64,000 nucleotides of DNA from Eledone cirrhosa (GCA_964016885.1 OZ024741.1:89156001-89220000), one strand, 5' to 3'. Positions 1-13,935 are shown, counted from the stretch's first letter. Made by a program: numbers and translations. The notes: generated by a model not told the origin, from the letters alone.

Positions 1-236
1 TCTGCCTTCCGCTCAGCTGTGTCGTCTTCCGTTTGGTTTTAATTGGCACATCAGCAGACGATCCTCCTCTGTTTGTGTCTTCTATTTATTATGAAAACTT
101 CTGATACCCCAAACCCCATTTTTGCTGATGGCGGCGACATTAGTCCACAAAACTTAATAACTTTTAATGTTATATGACTGTTGACTGCCACAAAAATACG
201 GAAATTTCTCTGTCTGTCTGTCTGTCTGTCTGTCTG

Positions 237-283
<47 letters not shown>

Positions 284-328
284 ATGGCTGGCTGTCTGTC
301 TGTCTGTCTGTTTGTCTGTATCTATCTA

Positions 329-794
329 TTGTGTGATAGCTATGGCGAAAAAGGTTGTATGGTGGACAAGGTTGAAAGGGCTGAGGTCAGACACCTTTCT
401 CTCCGGCCAACAACTGATTCTTTTTTTCAAATACCACTTTGGAAGAAGAATCAGGGTGGAGAGAGAGGTGCTGTACCCCTGCAAGTTTTATGAAAGGTGG
501 GTGAAAGTGGCGAGAATGGCCCGAGTTAATGGGCCTTCTCTCTATATCAGCCTGTAGGTTGAGGAAAAGGAGGAGGAGAGGAAAGGAGTACAAGCTCTTC
601 GTACTCCTGGAGATGAGGGTTGCACATTTTTTTCGGGGGTATGTGTTACCCATATGTAATGTCTCCCCTATTGGGGAAAATCGACTAACTTTTTAAATTC
701 CATTTGTGATAACATTTTACACGTTTTTATTGTATGTAAACTTCCCCCTTTGTATTTGTCCCCTTCTTTTGTGCCCCTGTGGCTAATAAAGAAA
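329..794 (+). mobile_element. 5'-truncated L1/Tx1-clade LINE (ORF2 C-terminus + 3' UTR) in (TATC)n/(TGTC)n
   Basis: Encodes AMAKKVVWWTRLKGLRSDTFLSGQQLILFFKYHFGRRIR, near-identical to 56620-57079. Ends GTGGCTAATAAAGAAA followed by TATC repeats. Confidence 0.9.
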
Positions 795-856
795 CATATC
801 TATCTTTCTATCTATCTATCTATCTGGCTGGCTGTCTGTCTGTCTGTCTGTTTGTC

Positions 857-923
<67 letters not shown>

Positions 924-1129
924 GGCTGTCTGTCTGTCTGTTTGTCTGTATCTATATATCTATCTATCTATCAATCTGGTTGTCTGTCTGTTTGTCTGTC
1001 TGTCAATCAGCTCATCTATTTATCTATCTGTCTCTCTGTTTGCTTTCATTCTATCTCTAAATATACACATATACACGTGTATCCATGACCATGCATAGAT
1101 ATAAAGGTACAAGAAAAGTGGGAAAGTAA

Positions 1130-1627
1130 GCAATGAACATACATCAAGATGGTAAATACCTGATTCCTAAAACCTTATTTCGCCTCCTAATATTTCTAAT
1201 TTAGTAGAGCTCATTTATGAACCTAACGAGGAGCTATTTTTAGCATTCCTTTTGGCATGTGTGATTGCCGTCAACACGATCGATATTTCGTGCATTGACC
1301 AACATTTTTATTTTGTATATCTGCTCCTAACATTTGTCGAGCTGAGTTACGGAGCTAAGGAGGAACTATTTTTTATATTCCTGTTGACCCGCCCGTATCC
1401 TTCTGCTTGAGTGGTATTTACATGTGCTTTCACAATTTGTGTTTTGACTGCATGGCCGATGACAAAGCTATGTATATGTAGTAAGATGTTGGCCACTGAT
1501 GATGAGCTAAACATCTTAATGATGCCTGTTATCTAATAATGGTAACTGCCATGATTTCTTGTCAGCTCGAAACAGCTGCATAGGCCTTAGGAGTCGGTAT
1601 TTACCATCATCATGTAAGTTCATTGCA
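1130..1627. mobile_element. Old Penelope pLTR-derived foldback element with degenerate hammerhead
   Basis: Inverted ends GCAATGAAC.TACAT..GATGGTAAATACC (~1130-1177 vs ~1581-1627). Hammerhead-like motif at 1491-1586. Confidence 0.55.
1491..1586 (+). ncRNA. Degenerate type I hammerhead ribozyme motif
   Basis: GGCCA-CTGATGA-T-GAGCT...AGCTC-GAAA-CAGCTG-CA-TAGGCC. Palindromic stem III CAGCTG; U16.1 mutated to C. Confidence 0.55.
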
Positions 1628-1711
1628 CGGGTCAACAAAAATTCTAAAAATAACTCATCGTTATGTTTATGGATCAGCTTTATTAGGCTAAAAATAAATA
1701 TACGTATGCAT

Positions 1712-2590
1712 ATCTACATCTACATCTAAGGTCCCCTTCGGTCAGGTCTGACAATGTGTTGTATCCCAGTTGCTGTCTGCTCAGATCTATGTGTGAGTGT
1801 CAGTCTCCGTCACATAGGTCACATCTATTTATGGTCTCTGGTCCGTTGGAGTTACTGCGCACCTTTCGCCGGGCTCGTTTGTCTGCTGCTGCAGTCATCA
1901 ACTTCTCCTCCCCTGCTTGAGACGTTGATTCAGGATGCTCCTCCATCTTGTCCGGTCAGCTGCGACATCCTCTCAGGATTCCGTGTTGATGTCAAGGGCC
2001 TTCAGGTCTCTTTTTACAATATCCTTGTATCGCAGTCGAGGTCGACCGGTGGCTCTGCTTCCAGATGCCAGCTCTTCGTAAGGATGTCTTGTGGGATGCG
2101 TTCATCCTTCATGTGTGACAGTTTGGTCAGGTCATTTTCTGTCATTCTCCAGCATCATGTACTATACATAAGGGCGGAAATAACACAGCTCTGATATATT
2201 CTCAATTCGTCTATATTGATATACAAACATCAATTTTGTCGACTTCGAGAAGGCGTTCGACAGCCTCCACGGCGTCAGCTTATGGCAAATTCTATGAATC
2301 CTCAGCACATTGTTTCCTCATCAAGATTTTCTACAACTTCACATGCAGTGTGGAGAACAGTGACTCCAGCTATGAAGTGAAAACAAGAGTGAGCCAAAGA
2401 TGTGTGATGTCAGCACTTCTTTTCAGCCTTGCCATCGATTGGGTGATGCGGTGAACAACTGAAGATCAAGCTAGAAGCATACACTGGACTCTCTTTTTAA
2501 CATTGAAGGATCTTGACTTTGCCGATGATCTGGCTTTATTGTCTCATATGCATCAACAGATTCAGGAGAAAACCTCTTGCCTCAGCCACT
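1712..2590. mobile_element. RTE-clade LINE fragment with internal inversion
   Basis: + strand ~2120-2590 encodes RT motifs DFEKAFDS, V.Q.CVMSALLFSLAIDWVM and LDFADDLAL. ~1712-2120 reads as the 3' end on the - strand with a (TAGATG)n tail. Confidence 0.7.
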
Positions 2591-2599
2591 AATATAACT

Positions 2600-3509
2600 A
2601 GTCGTAATTGGCGAAGGTCTTTGACTGAATTGCATTGCTCATTGCGAGAAAAAGGGTGATAGTCTGTAGGCACGAGGTCTGGCGAATACAGCGGATGGGA
2701 CAGAACCTCTCAAGTAAGCTCCACCAGCTTCTCACGGTTCATCATTGATGTATGCGGCCGAGCATTATTATGAAGGAATCTAATAGGGTTATGGAGTGGC
2801 TGTATCTGTCAAGTTGTTAGTAATAGACGTCAGAGGTTATACTGGTGCTTGGTGAGAGCAACTCGTAGTGGATGACACCTTTCCATTCACACCAGACGCT
2901 CAGTAGGGCCTTGGGAGGGTGGAAGCCAGACTTAGATTGCCGTTGTGGCACACTCACTTTATCAACCCACAATCGCTTGCGTTTGACATTAATGTAGAGA
3001 CACAATATTTCATCACCAGTGACAATAGAACATAACCGGTTGATTTTGCAATGGTAGGAGAGCCTGGCATTCACGATTACGGTAAATCAGTCAGTTGGTG
3101 AGGCCCCCATTGCTCCAGCTTGGATACCTTCCCGATTGCATGCAAGTGATTGGGGGTGGTTGTTATCGATTCCCAAACATTTTGGAGAATTGATATGATG
3201 TTTAGCGTAGGTCAGCTTCCACCAGCTCACGAGGCTGCTCGTCATTGAAGTCGGATGGATGTCATGCGCGAGGTCGGTCTTCCAGGCTTTAATCACCGGA
3301 ACAGAAGCGTACGAACCTGTCGCTGGTACTGCGGTCAGATATGGTGTGTGACCCAAGTGCATACTTAATACGATGAGTCGATGCTGCTGCGCTTAGGCCA
3401 ACGACACTTCTTATATATGTGCGCATGTGCAACCTTCAACATTTCCTGAAAATTCTACCAAAATGTCTCCTTTTGAAAAACGGCGAGAACCTTTTGTCCA
3501 ACCCAATAT
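2600..3509 (-). mobile_element. Decayed mariner transposon (transposase pseudogene + one TIR)
   Basis: Remnant motifs IVTGDE, LLSVW..WKGVIHYELL. TIR ATATTGGGTTGGACAAAAGGTTCTCGCCG at 3481-3509. Homologous to 47413-48561. Confidence 0.85.
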
Positions 3510-3536
3510 TTTCTATGTATCGTTTAAACTTAAATT

Positions 3537-3584
<48 letters not shown>

Positions 3585-3901
3585 CATCACCTACCACACA
3601 CACACGTACACACACGCGCGCACATACACTCACACCATACACACACAAACACACACACACACACACACACAAGCACACATTCTTGAATCAATAGGGTAGT
3701 AGAAAGTTATGCGAATAATTCCAAGACAAAATACTTGAAAAAGACTTAAGTAATTCAAATAAATAATATTTCGAGTAAGATATATGATGGTGGGTGTTGT
3801 AGTTTTGTGGGATGGGTGCCCTAGTTTCACGGATGGTGTCAAAATCGCGACAAACGAACACCCATCCCACAAGAGACATAGTGGAGTTTTAGTAAAAGAC
3901 G

Positions 3902-3958
<57 letters not shown>

Positions 3959-4234
3959 GGACGAAACAACGTAAAAATGTATCATATGCCACTAAATGCT
4001 GGATTAACAAGATATTACACAGTGACAGGTGAGATAAGTTATGGTATAAAAGTGCAGTTGCGAGTCTTTTTGAAGAATAAAGAAAAAATAAATATATATA
4101 ATAGAATTAGGATTTAGCTTCGAGCATAGCTGTATACAGATATGCATTGGAATTTCGTATTTCTAAAGAAATACGGTATGTTTATAGATAAACATTTAGA
4201 AAGCCGTAGCTATGCAAAAACATCTCCCCCCCCC

Positions 4235-4276
<42 letters not shown>

Positions 4277-4279
<3 letters not shown>

Positions 4280-4723
4280 GAAGAGATATTTAATTTGTTG
4301 GAAATCCAACAAATATAGATGTTTACAACTGATTCAAAGCACTCGACAGATTTCTGGAGTAAGTATTCAATGATATTAAATAAATGGAAACTATATTTAT
4401 AAAACCATATTTATTCTATTATATATATTTCAAAGGTACCAAAAATTTTGGTCCGCTATCATCAGATAAAATACAAAATGTTTTATAAATATTTGACATG
4501 ACCAAGGATGATATACCTTAACGGTTCAAGTTATCCCTGGAAAGTCAAAATTCCAGGGATAACTTGAACCGTTAAGGTATATTATCATTGGTCATGTCAA
4601 ATATTTATAAAACATTTTGTATTTTATCTGATGATAGCGGACCAAAACTTTTGGTACCCTTGAAATATATATAATAGAATAAATATGGTTTTATAAATAT
4701 AGTTTCCATTTATTTAATATCAT

Positions 4724-4725
<2 letters not shown>
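4277..4725. mobile_element. Penelope pLTR-derived asymmetric foldback element in (TA)n
   Basis: ~175-bp inverted arms 4368-4542 / 4551-4725, ~90-bp unpaired extension 4277-4367, hammerhead in each arm. Confidence 0.85.
4621..4680 (+). ncRNA. Minimal type I hammerhead ribozyme (antisense copy 4413-4472)
   Basis: ATTTTAT-CTGATGA-T-AGCGGACCAAAA C TTTTGGTACCCT-T-GAAA-TATATA-TA-ATAGAAT. Stems I and II pair; palindromic stem III; AATAAA follows. Confidence 0.85.
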
Positions 4726-4778
<53 letters not shown>

Positions 4779-4789
4779 CAAAAAGCCTA

Positions 4790-5090
4790 CATGCTTTAAT
4801 TTGATCGCATGGCTAGAGTGTTCGGCTCGCGATTGCAAAGTCACCACTTTGATTCCAGGCAGCGCCTTCTAACTTTGGGGAAGACATTTTATTTTGCGTA
4901 CTCCAGTCCCCTCAGCTGACAAAAATTAGTTTTACCTGTAATTCAAAGGCCTAGATTTGTCACACTCTGTGTCACGTATAATTTCCCTTTGAACTACAAT
5001 ATGAGTGTACGCGTGCCTATGCAACTTGGACGGTCATTCCACCAACAACTAGAACTCTCGACGTCGGAAGCGCCGGATGTCCAATAGTAC
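4790..5090 (+). mobile_element. tRNA-derived SINE (CORE-like family), diverged
   Basis: TGGCTAGAGTG head, GGGGAAGACATTTTATTT..CTCCAGT..CTCAGCTG core. Related copies at ~5300-5550, 9300-9640, 11000-11270 (-) and 14140-14430 (+). Confidence 0.55.
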
Positions 5091-5647
5091 TCTACATGGT
5101 TTACATGCTTGTATGGGATCGTCTCTCTATCCATTTATTCAAACTTGTAGAAATAGCTACTAAATATCTCTCTCTGTACGGTTTTAATAAACAATGGATA
5201 CATTTGATGATGTACGAAAAAAGACGGAATCGTGAAAGATGAACGTATTTATTTTCAATCAGAGATAATGGAATGGACTGCTGTCAACAATGAGTCTTCC
5301 AGTTGTTCGGTCAATCAACAGATGGCTCTTCAAATTAACGTGTAAGGGCTGATAATTCCACAGATACGTTTACCTTTAACGTAATTCCGTATGACACAAG
5401 ATGTGACAAGGTTGGTCTCGTGACTGACCTATCCGACGAGCTTCCAAACAGCTCCCTTCTACCAAATTTCACACACAAGGCATGAGTCGACAAGAGGCTT
5501 ATGGTAAATGATTCTGGCTCAAAATGCAAACTAGTGGGATCGAACTCATTAACTATGATATGCCCACCATTTATATTGTGTTAATAAAATAGAAATGCCC
5601 CCAAAAATATATATTCTATATCAGTTTCACGAGAGAAAGAAGGAGAG

Positions 5648-5686
<39 letters not shown>

Positions 5687-5890
5687 GAGAGGGGTAAAAA
5701 GGGAGATGAGAGAAAGAGTGAGAGAGAGGAAGAGGGAGAGAGAGAAGGAGAGATAAAGTCAGAGAAGTAGATGGTGAAAGATGAGCGAGAAAGAGAGAAG
5801 AGAAAGAATATACGATTTCGATAATTTGGGATTAGCGGATCCTAATAAGAATTTCCAATGCTTAAAACAATTTCTACCTTAACATAATAA

Positions 5891-6682
5891 ATGTTTCTAC
5901 GTTAGGCACAATGCCAGCAATTACTCCAGTGTATTACTGGTACTTTATTTTATCGACCCCGTAAGGGTGAAAGGCAAAGCTAACCTCAGCAGGATTCGAA
6001 CTCATAACGTAAAGGGCCATAACTCTATGCTGCGAAGCATGGTGTCTGACGCTCTACCGATACTGCAAATCCATGAAGCCGAGTGCATTACTACTGCAGC
6101 TGCTAAAGTTGAATAAAAAAACAACAACATAATTACGGTTTTGAATTTAGGTAGAAGGACAGCAATTTAGGGGAGGAGAAACTCCATTAAATCCACCTCA
6201 GTACTTAACTGGAAATTATTTTATGGATCCCGGAAAATGAAAGCCAAAGTTGACCTCGGTGAAATTTAATCTCAGAATGTAAAGAGCCGTAACAGATGCT
6301 GCGATGTACTGTGCTCGACGCTCTATCGATTCTGCCAACCCACCACCCCTATGCTGCTGCTGTTGGTGCTGCCATTGCTGCTGATGATGATGGTGGTGAG
6401 GATAATGATGATGATGACGACGACGGCGACGACAACAACAACAATAATAATTGTTTCTACTATTGGCACAAGGCCAGCAATTACACAGTGCATTACTGGT
6501 ACAATGATTTCAACGATTAAATCGACCTCAGTACATTACTGGTACTTTATTTTATCGACCCCCGTAAGGATGAAAGGCAAAGTTAACCTCGGAGGGATTT
6601 GAACTCAGACCGTAAATGGCCGTAACTCTATGCTGTAAAGCATGGTGTCCGACTCTCTACCGATACTACCAATCCACCGCCG
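5891..6682 (-). mobile_element. Cluster of three tRNA-derived SINEs (Meta-domain-like family)
   Basis: Three copies of GGCGGTGGATTGGCAGTATCGGTAGAG (A box), GAGTTCAAATCC (B box) and CTTTCATCCTTACGGGGTCGATAAAATAAAGTACCAG. Confidence 0.85.
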
Positions 6683-6716
6683 TCAACAACAACAATAATA
6701 ATAAAATAATAAATAA

Positions 6717-6809
<93 letters not shown>

Positions 6810-7245
6810 TATTTATTTATTTATTTCTTTATTTATTTATTTTCGTAATCTCTTCTCTGTCGCAATTTCCCATATGGAGGATGTGGTGAATGTTGATATA
6901 AACTTAACTGAAAATAACACCAGAGTTTGTTGAAGGTAGGGGTGGACTGGCAGTAGATATTTTATGGAGTTGCCAAATTTGTGCCCGTTCTTTTTACACC
7001 AACAGACTTGGTCGGTCGAGCAACGACAAGAACATTTTGTCAGCTAAAGAAAAAAATATGACTTCTACGGTGGGCAATAAATAACACTAAAGTGTGGGAT
7101 AGATACAGATAGACATAGATTGACGTGTGTGTATATATACATATATTTATGTGTGTGTGTGCGTGCATATATATATACACCCATAGATATACGTACGTAT
7201 ATATGTATGTATGTGTGTATCTATATATATATATATATATATATA

Positions 7246-7435
7246 AAACAAAGGAATTGTGGTAAGGAACCAGATGGACCATAAAGCACCAGAGTACTCA
7301 ATACTTAGGGTAGTAGAGTGGGGAATAGGAAAAAGTATGACCCCGACGGCAGAGCTGAAGCCGTTTCGACGGCTATTTCTGTCCAGAAATAGCCGTCGAA
7401 ACAGCTTGAGCTCTACCGTCGAGGTCATACTTTTT

Positions 7436-7440
<5 letters not shown>
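7246..7440. mobile_element. Short pLTR-derived foldback in (TA)n
   Basis: Palindrome 7325-7440 centred ~7382, with CGAAAC(A/G)GCT (possible hammerhead 3' half) in each arm. ~80-bp left extension; (TA)n on both flanks. Confidence 0.6.
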
Positions 7441-7494
<54 letters not shown>

Positions 7495-7506
7495 GTATAT
7501 ATATAT

Positions 7507-7602
7507 CGGTAAAATTCCATTTTAACGAATACCATTATAACGAATTTTTCGTTACAACGAATTTTTTTAAACGCCATGAATTTCGTTATAATGGAATTCT
7601 AC

Positions 7603-7604
<2 letters not shown>
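7507..7604. mobile_element. pogo/Tigger-like MITE
   Basis: TIRs CGGTAAAATTCCATTTTAACGAA / TTCGTTATAATGGAATTCTACTG, in (TA)n. Confidence 0.7.
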
Positions 7605-7658
<54 letters not shown>

Positions 7659-7674
7659 TATATATATATATAAT

Positions 7675-7717
<43 letters not shown>

Positions 7718-7914
7718 AACACCCCCCCCCCCATATATAGAGAGAAAAAGAGGAAGAGAGAGAAAAAGATTGAGGGTGGAAAAACTGTTTATTTTATTAT
7801 ATTTATTTATTGTATGATAAATGCTTTAAGGAATAAATCAAAATATCCAGACTATGGCGAGTGTATCATGTAATGTATATACGATTGGTGCCGTTTTTAC
7901 AGTCTCCAGTGTAA

Positions 7915-8550
7915 TCTGAAGTCGTGTGATAATAGTAGAACTTGCATGTAAGTGTGTAAACTTTGTAGGTATTGTGTGATAGATAGTATTGGGGTGTGTA
8001 TGTATAAATTTTGTTGAAGTCGTGTTATAGTATATGTCTGTGGGAATGTGTATGTAAATTTTGTTGAAGTTGTGTGACTGTATTGGCGTGTATATGCATG
8101 TGTGTGTGTGTGTGTAAATTTTTTTGAAGTTGTGCGACAGTGTTGGTGTGTGTGTGTGTGTAAATTTTTTTGAAGTTGTGCGACAGTGTTGGTGTGTGTG
8201 TGTGTGTGTGTTAGTGTGTGTGTAAATTTTGTTGAAGTTGTGACAGTGTTGGTGTGTGTGTAAATTTTGTTGAAAATGTGATTGTATTTGCGTATACGCG
8301 TGTAAATTTTGTTGAACTTGTGTGATAGTACTGGTGTGTGTGCGTGTGTGTGTGTGTGTGTGCGTGCATGTGTGTGTGTGTGTGCATGTGTGTGTGTGTG
8401 TGTGTGTAAATTTTGTTGAAGCTGTGTGATAGTATTGGTCTGTGTGTACGTAGGTTTTGTATGATTGTGTGACACAATATATGTAAACGTTGTGGAAATT
8501 GTGGACAGTATTGGTGAGTGTGTATATGTAAACGTTGTGGGAATTTATAA
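7915..8550. repeat. Minisatellite (~40-55 bp unit TGTAAATTTTGTTGAAGTTGTG.GA.AGT.TTGG(TG)n)
   Basis: About 12 recognisable units with a variable (TG)n tract. Confidence 0.85.
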
Positions 8551-8687
8551 GATAAGGGTCATAGGAAGTGTTAAGATAATTTGTAAATGTAAATGTTGAC
8601 AATTGTCAGTTTGCTTCTAGAGGAAGTGTTGTGTATATAGCGTTAATGACTTAATCTTTGTTTGTGTACTACATTGGCAAGTATTAT

Positions 8688-8768
8688 ATCACCTTCATCA
8701 TCATCATCATCTTCATCATCATCATCATCATCATTACCACCACCACCACCACCATCATCATCATCATT

Positions 8769-8799
<31 letters not shown>

Positions 8800-8870
8800 T
8801 TACCACCACCACCACCACCATCATCATCATCATTACCACCACCACCACCATCATCATCATCATTACCACC

Positions 8871-8904
<34 letters not shown>

Positions 8905-8906
8905 TT

Positions 8907-8937
<31 letters not shown>

Positions 8938-8942
8938 TCATC

Positions 8943-8977
<35 letters not shown>

Positions 8978-9029
8978 TACCACCACCATCATCATCATCA
9001 TCATCTTCATCATCATCATCATCATCACC

Positions 9030-9062
<33 letters not shown>

Positions 9063-9131
9063 TTCATCATCATCATCATCATCATTACCACCACCACCAC
9101 CACCATCACCACCACCATCACAACAACAACG

Positions 9132-9165
<34 letters not shown>

Positions 9166-9260
9166 CCACCACCACCATCACAACAATAACCACAACCATC
9201 ATCATCATCGTCGTCATCATCATCATCATCATCATCATCATCGTCGTCGTCATCGTCATT
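8688..9260. repeat. Compound (CAT)n/(CAC)n microsatellite
   Basis: Direct reading. A similar (CAT)n tract lies at 9993-10206. Confidence 0.95.
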
Positions 9261-9741
9261 TGGTAATTCTAGTTGAGCTCATGATTCTACATTGCTAATG
9301 TTATTGCTGTTGGGCCTCCGTCGTTCCCGACGATGAGTGTTCCAGTTGTTCAAACAACGGTACAAGCTGCTCATGAATGAATTTAAAGTACAAATGATTG
9401 AGTATTCTACAGACATGTGTACCTTTAATGCAGTTCTTAAGGAGATTCAGCGTGACAAAGCTGGTCCTTTGAAATATAGGTGCAGTCCATCTGACGGGTT
9501 TCCAAATAGTTTTCGTCACAAGATATGAATCGAACCAAGATTAATGTAAAAGCCACTTGACTGAGATGCCCAGCAGTAAGATCGATCCAGGAACCGAATG
9601 ATTGCTAAGCAAACGCTTTAGCCAATCTGCCATGCTTATCAGAATGGACTTTGCTAAAGATACTTAAGAATCAAGTGGTGTGGGTTAAACTGGGTGCTAT
9701 GTTAGGTTTTCTACAAAATAATATTTTCTTATAATAGATAT

Positions 9742-9910
9742 AATTGTTTCTACTTTTGGCACATTATTGGTACTTTATTTTATCGACCCCGTAAGGATGA
9801 AAGGCAAAGTTAACCTCGGCGAGACTTGAACTCAGATTGGAAAGGGCCGTAACTCTATGCGTCAAAGCATGGCGTCCGACCCTCTACCGATACTGCCAAT
9901 CCACCGCCCG
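9742..9910 (-). mobile_element. tRNA-derived SINE (Meta-like family)
   Basis: Same head, B box and central domain as 5891-6682. Confidence 0.85.
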
Positions 9911-11299
9911 ATTTTATTTCTTATAATATATTTAATATTATTCATATAGCATTACAAATACTTATTAATATTCATGGGTATGTTATGTTAGATATCATCA
10001 TCGTCGTCATCATCATCATTATCATCATCATCATCGTCGTCATCATCATCATTATCATCATCATCATCGTCATCGTCATCATCGTCATCATCATCGTTAT
10101 CATCACCACAACCACCATCATCATCATCATCATCCTCATCATCATCATCATCATCATCATCATCGCCATCGCCATTATCATCATCATCATCATCATCATC
10201 ATCATCGTTCGACTGCAGCAGTAGATAGCCACAATCACCCCCCCCCACCCGTTGCAGCTTCCATAATCAGTTGTAGTCCCGTGTTCGAGTGATTAACTCT
10301 ATCCATCTGTAGGACTTGGGACTCTATCCAAGGCGGAATTGGGACACTCAGACTGCACAGAACCGAAAAATATTTAATCCGACACCCTAACTTCTACCAA
10401 TTCACCACCTACGTTAAATGAGTGATGTCATGTTATGTTTGAAATCAATATTCATGGGTTAATTCATGGGTTAATTCATGTGGTGGTATGAATGACATTT
10501 GATTTCTAAAATTAAAATAAAAAATTCCGCTTCACAAATTAGACATTTGTCGAACATCGTATAGCTAAATAAAATACATTATATTCAATGTCACAATGAT
10601 CCTTACTAGGTGGATAAGATATGAAACTACTAGTTCGCGGAATATGTATTCAAAATCCCTTGAGGTTGTTTCGTCGTTATTGTAGGCAAAACAGTATATT
10701 CCACGCGTCTGAACTCACTGAAATATAAGAAATATATTCCGAAATTTCAGCCAAACTTCACTCAGGCGTTTTCCTAACTAGTAAAAATAGTGTTGTTTTT
10801 TTTTTTTTAAATTTATTTATTTGTTTTGTCTGCTTGAGAACCTGGAATTTCGTAGTTAATCCAGACTTCGTCGTTGATAACTTTATTAAAAATCGACTGG
10901 TTCTGAGAGTGTTTTTTTTATTACATTAAAACAGAACGCTTCAAAGCTAGTACTTGTTCTCTTTAAATATTTCCTTCTTTGGCTATTAGTTTATGCTGTA
11001 GTTTATAAAAAGTAGTTGGAATTCCGTCAATTCCGACGACGACTGATCCAGTTGTTCAAATAATGGAACAGTCTGTTCATGAAATAAACGTACAAGTGAC
11101 TGAGTATTCCACAGACACGTGTACCTTAATGTACTTCTCAGAGAGTTCCATTTTTTTCTCAGCTGAGTGCAGTGAAGCAATGTGAAACAAAGTCTTTTGC
11201 TCAAGGACACAAAACGCCGCCAGGAATCAAACCCATTACCATACGATCGTGAGCTAAACACACTAACCGTCTTTACAATCTACAGAAACATGCCACATA

Positions 11300-11570
11300 A
11301 TTACAATGTATTCTGTCCTACGTACCACCCTCGCGAAGTTCGGCAAAAGAATGTTATCTCTTGACATCAGCAAATCTTTCGACTGTATCCAACACAAGAA
11401 CTTCCTAGCTGCGTTAACTGTTTATGGTCTCCATCTGCTTTTTATCTTTCTGATCGGGGTTTGCATTTCCATCATAGCATACGTTAACAAGGAATCCGAC
11501 GACCCGCATTCTATGAATTCCAGTGTAGCCCACGGTTCGATAATATTTCGCACAATACCCATTCTGTGCT
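11300..11570 (+). mobile_element. Highly decayed non-LTR RT fragment (CR1/L2/Jockey-like)
   Basis: LSLDISKSFDCIQH and NSSVAHGSI resemble RT motifs LDxSKAFD.V.H and GVPQGS. Confidence 0.5.
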
Positions 11571-12042
11571 TTAATATCCAATGGCGGTCGTTAGAACGAA
11601 GGATATTTGTTCAAGGTTTCTGCATTCTAAGTTCAAATCCTGTCGAGGTCCACTTTGCCTTTCATCCTTTTGAGGTCGATAAAGAAAGTACCAGCTCAGT
11701 CCTCTCTCCTTCGAGCCGACACATCCTAGATGCAACGCTGGATTAAGGGAAATAGTGTAGAGAAAGTATCTGTGTCTGTTCGATAAATAAAGTACCGTGT
11801 CCAGAGTTGAATTGTTATAGTATCGACTGTGATATCTTGCAGTAACACTTCCGGCATTTGTGTTCCGGGTTCACACGCGACGTCACCGACGCCACACTGT
11901 ATCGATCCTTACTTTTGATTTGGACAACATCAGTGGCCTGGAGCAGGGAGACTGGAATCCATACACATCAGATGGTTTTCCATAAGAATCGTTCTCAGTG
12001 TAGAGATCATTCATCTTATAAGATCTACGAACGCCCTAAATG

Positions 12043-12125
<83 letters not shown>

Positions 12126-13479
12126 CGGTTAAGATTTCTATGATAAAATCAAACGATGCATTTTAATACACGCGAAATATGATTAAAAGATGTTACTGCG
12201 GGAATTATAGCTCGCATCTTCTATACGTATGCTAAGATAACCCAACAATTTTTAAACCTTAAATTTAGCGTATTTAAATTCAATGTTATTCCTACTACCA
12301 TATCACGATAATCAATGGAATGGGAGCAATCACTTAACCACTTCGGAATTCGTTCTGTTGCTAAAATCGTCAAGTAGCTATCGTACCTTCTTCGTTTGTT
12401 GAACTTTCATGAGATAAATTATCTATAACAGGCCTCCTCGGTCATGTATGATTTATTTCTTCCTGTGTAGAGCGAGAACCTTGACGAATTTCAAACTGCT
12501 CTGATGTGATGGCATGAGACTTTCACGCGACTCACGCTCTACAATGGAAAAGTATGCTGTACGCTCTGCAGGCCCTTAAAAATATGTTCATATTATAAAT
12601 AGGGCAGTTTGGCTAATATACAGACATTGTTGCCGTGCGTGAGCTGGCTCCCTGACTGTCATTTTCTGAGGAGAGGACCAAAGTGTGTCAGATGTATATT
12701 CACTCTCTCGGTTGCTTGGATAATTGCAGTAGTTGTTCTGTCGTTAAAGTGCAGCAGTTTCAATAATCACGTGCTGTGGTCGGAGTTGTAAATTTTGTTG
12801 GGGATATATCTGGGATATTGTAGTGGATATATATACTCATGTGACGAGTAAATAGAAAACCATTAGCAGCAGAAACAACATCAAATTAAATGTATTCTAA
12901 TGAACGGTTGATTCGTGCTGGTGTCGTCCTAAATCCAATTTTGTGTAGTTCTAAATTTAATTTTTTGCAGTAAGTTTATATTTTCTGTCAAATATTACAT
13001 GCGCTTACATCGCAAATGATGATTAAAAGACTGAAAACACCCATAACATGCTTTTCAGACCCAAAGACTATTAAATACTGGGTCATGGTTCCTGTCTTAA
13101 AGATTTGTACAGTTCTAAAATAAACCGTGCTCCGCAACAAATCTTTACAATAAATTATAAAAACCACGGAAATAAAATAGCTGTATTCGCACCAACACAG
13201 ATTCTATTATCACGAAGCCAAATTCTTAACCGTTCTGCCATAGCCACGCATAATTATAATAAAAACATCGAAAGTAATACTGTAAGTTCAGAAAACATTT
13301 ATAGCAACAACAACAGTAGAAGTAACAGGAACAACAACACCAACAACAACAAGGAAAGCCACTAACAACGATAGAAATAACAAAAATAAAAGTGAACAGC
13401 ATCAAATGTCAGCAACGCTAAAAATAACTGTTTGCATACGTTCAAATATGTATGTGTGTGTATGTATGTGCGTGTGTGT

Positions 13480-13579
<100 letters not shown>

Positions 13580-13903
13580 CAGAGAGAGAGAGAGAGAGGG
13601 AGAGAGAGAGAGAACGTGCGTGTGTTCTCATGGGTGTATACACACACCTTCATATAATAGAAATGTGCAATGACGTATAGTGTGTGCAAGTAGCAGCAGG
13701 TTTCTAGTCGTCACTGCGATGTGCACTCGAATACACTGGAAAATACCAACAAACATCTTTATCTCTCTATTGACAGAAAGAAAGTATTGGGATTGCCCAG
13801 ACCGTTTTAGATTCGAGTTGGGTTTTCTCCATCAGAGACCATGCATCCGCCTTTGTTCACAAAGAGGTGTAGCCTACAGATATAAATACACACACGCACA
13901 CAT

Positions 13904-13935
<32 letters not shown>

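Noticed and set aside
5891-6682. tRNA genes suggested by A/B boxes
   Set aside because: No cloverleaf; the boxes belong to SINE heads continuing into a shared central domain.
7915-8550. CRISPR-like repeat/spacer appearance
   Set aside because: The 'spacers' are (TG)n variants, repeats are degenerate, there are no cas genes and the context is eukaryotic: a minisatellite.
8658-9266. Poly-Ser/Pro, poly-Ile/Thr and poly-Met ORFs (also 9972-10248, 33335-33688)
   Set aside because: Trinucleotide microsatellites with no coding context or splice support.
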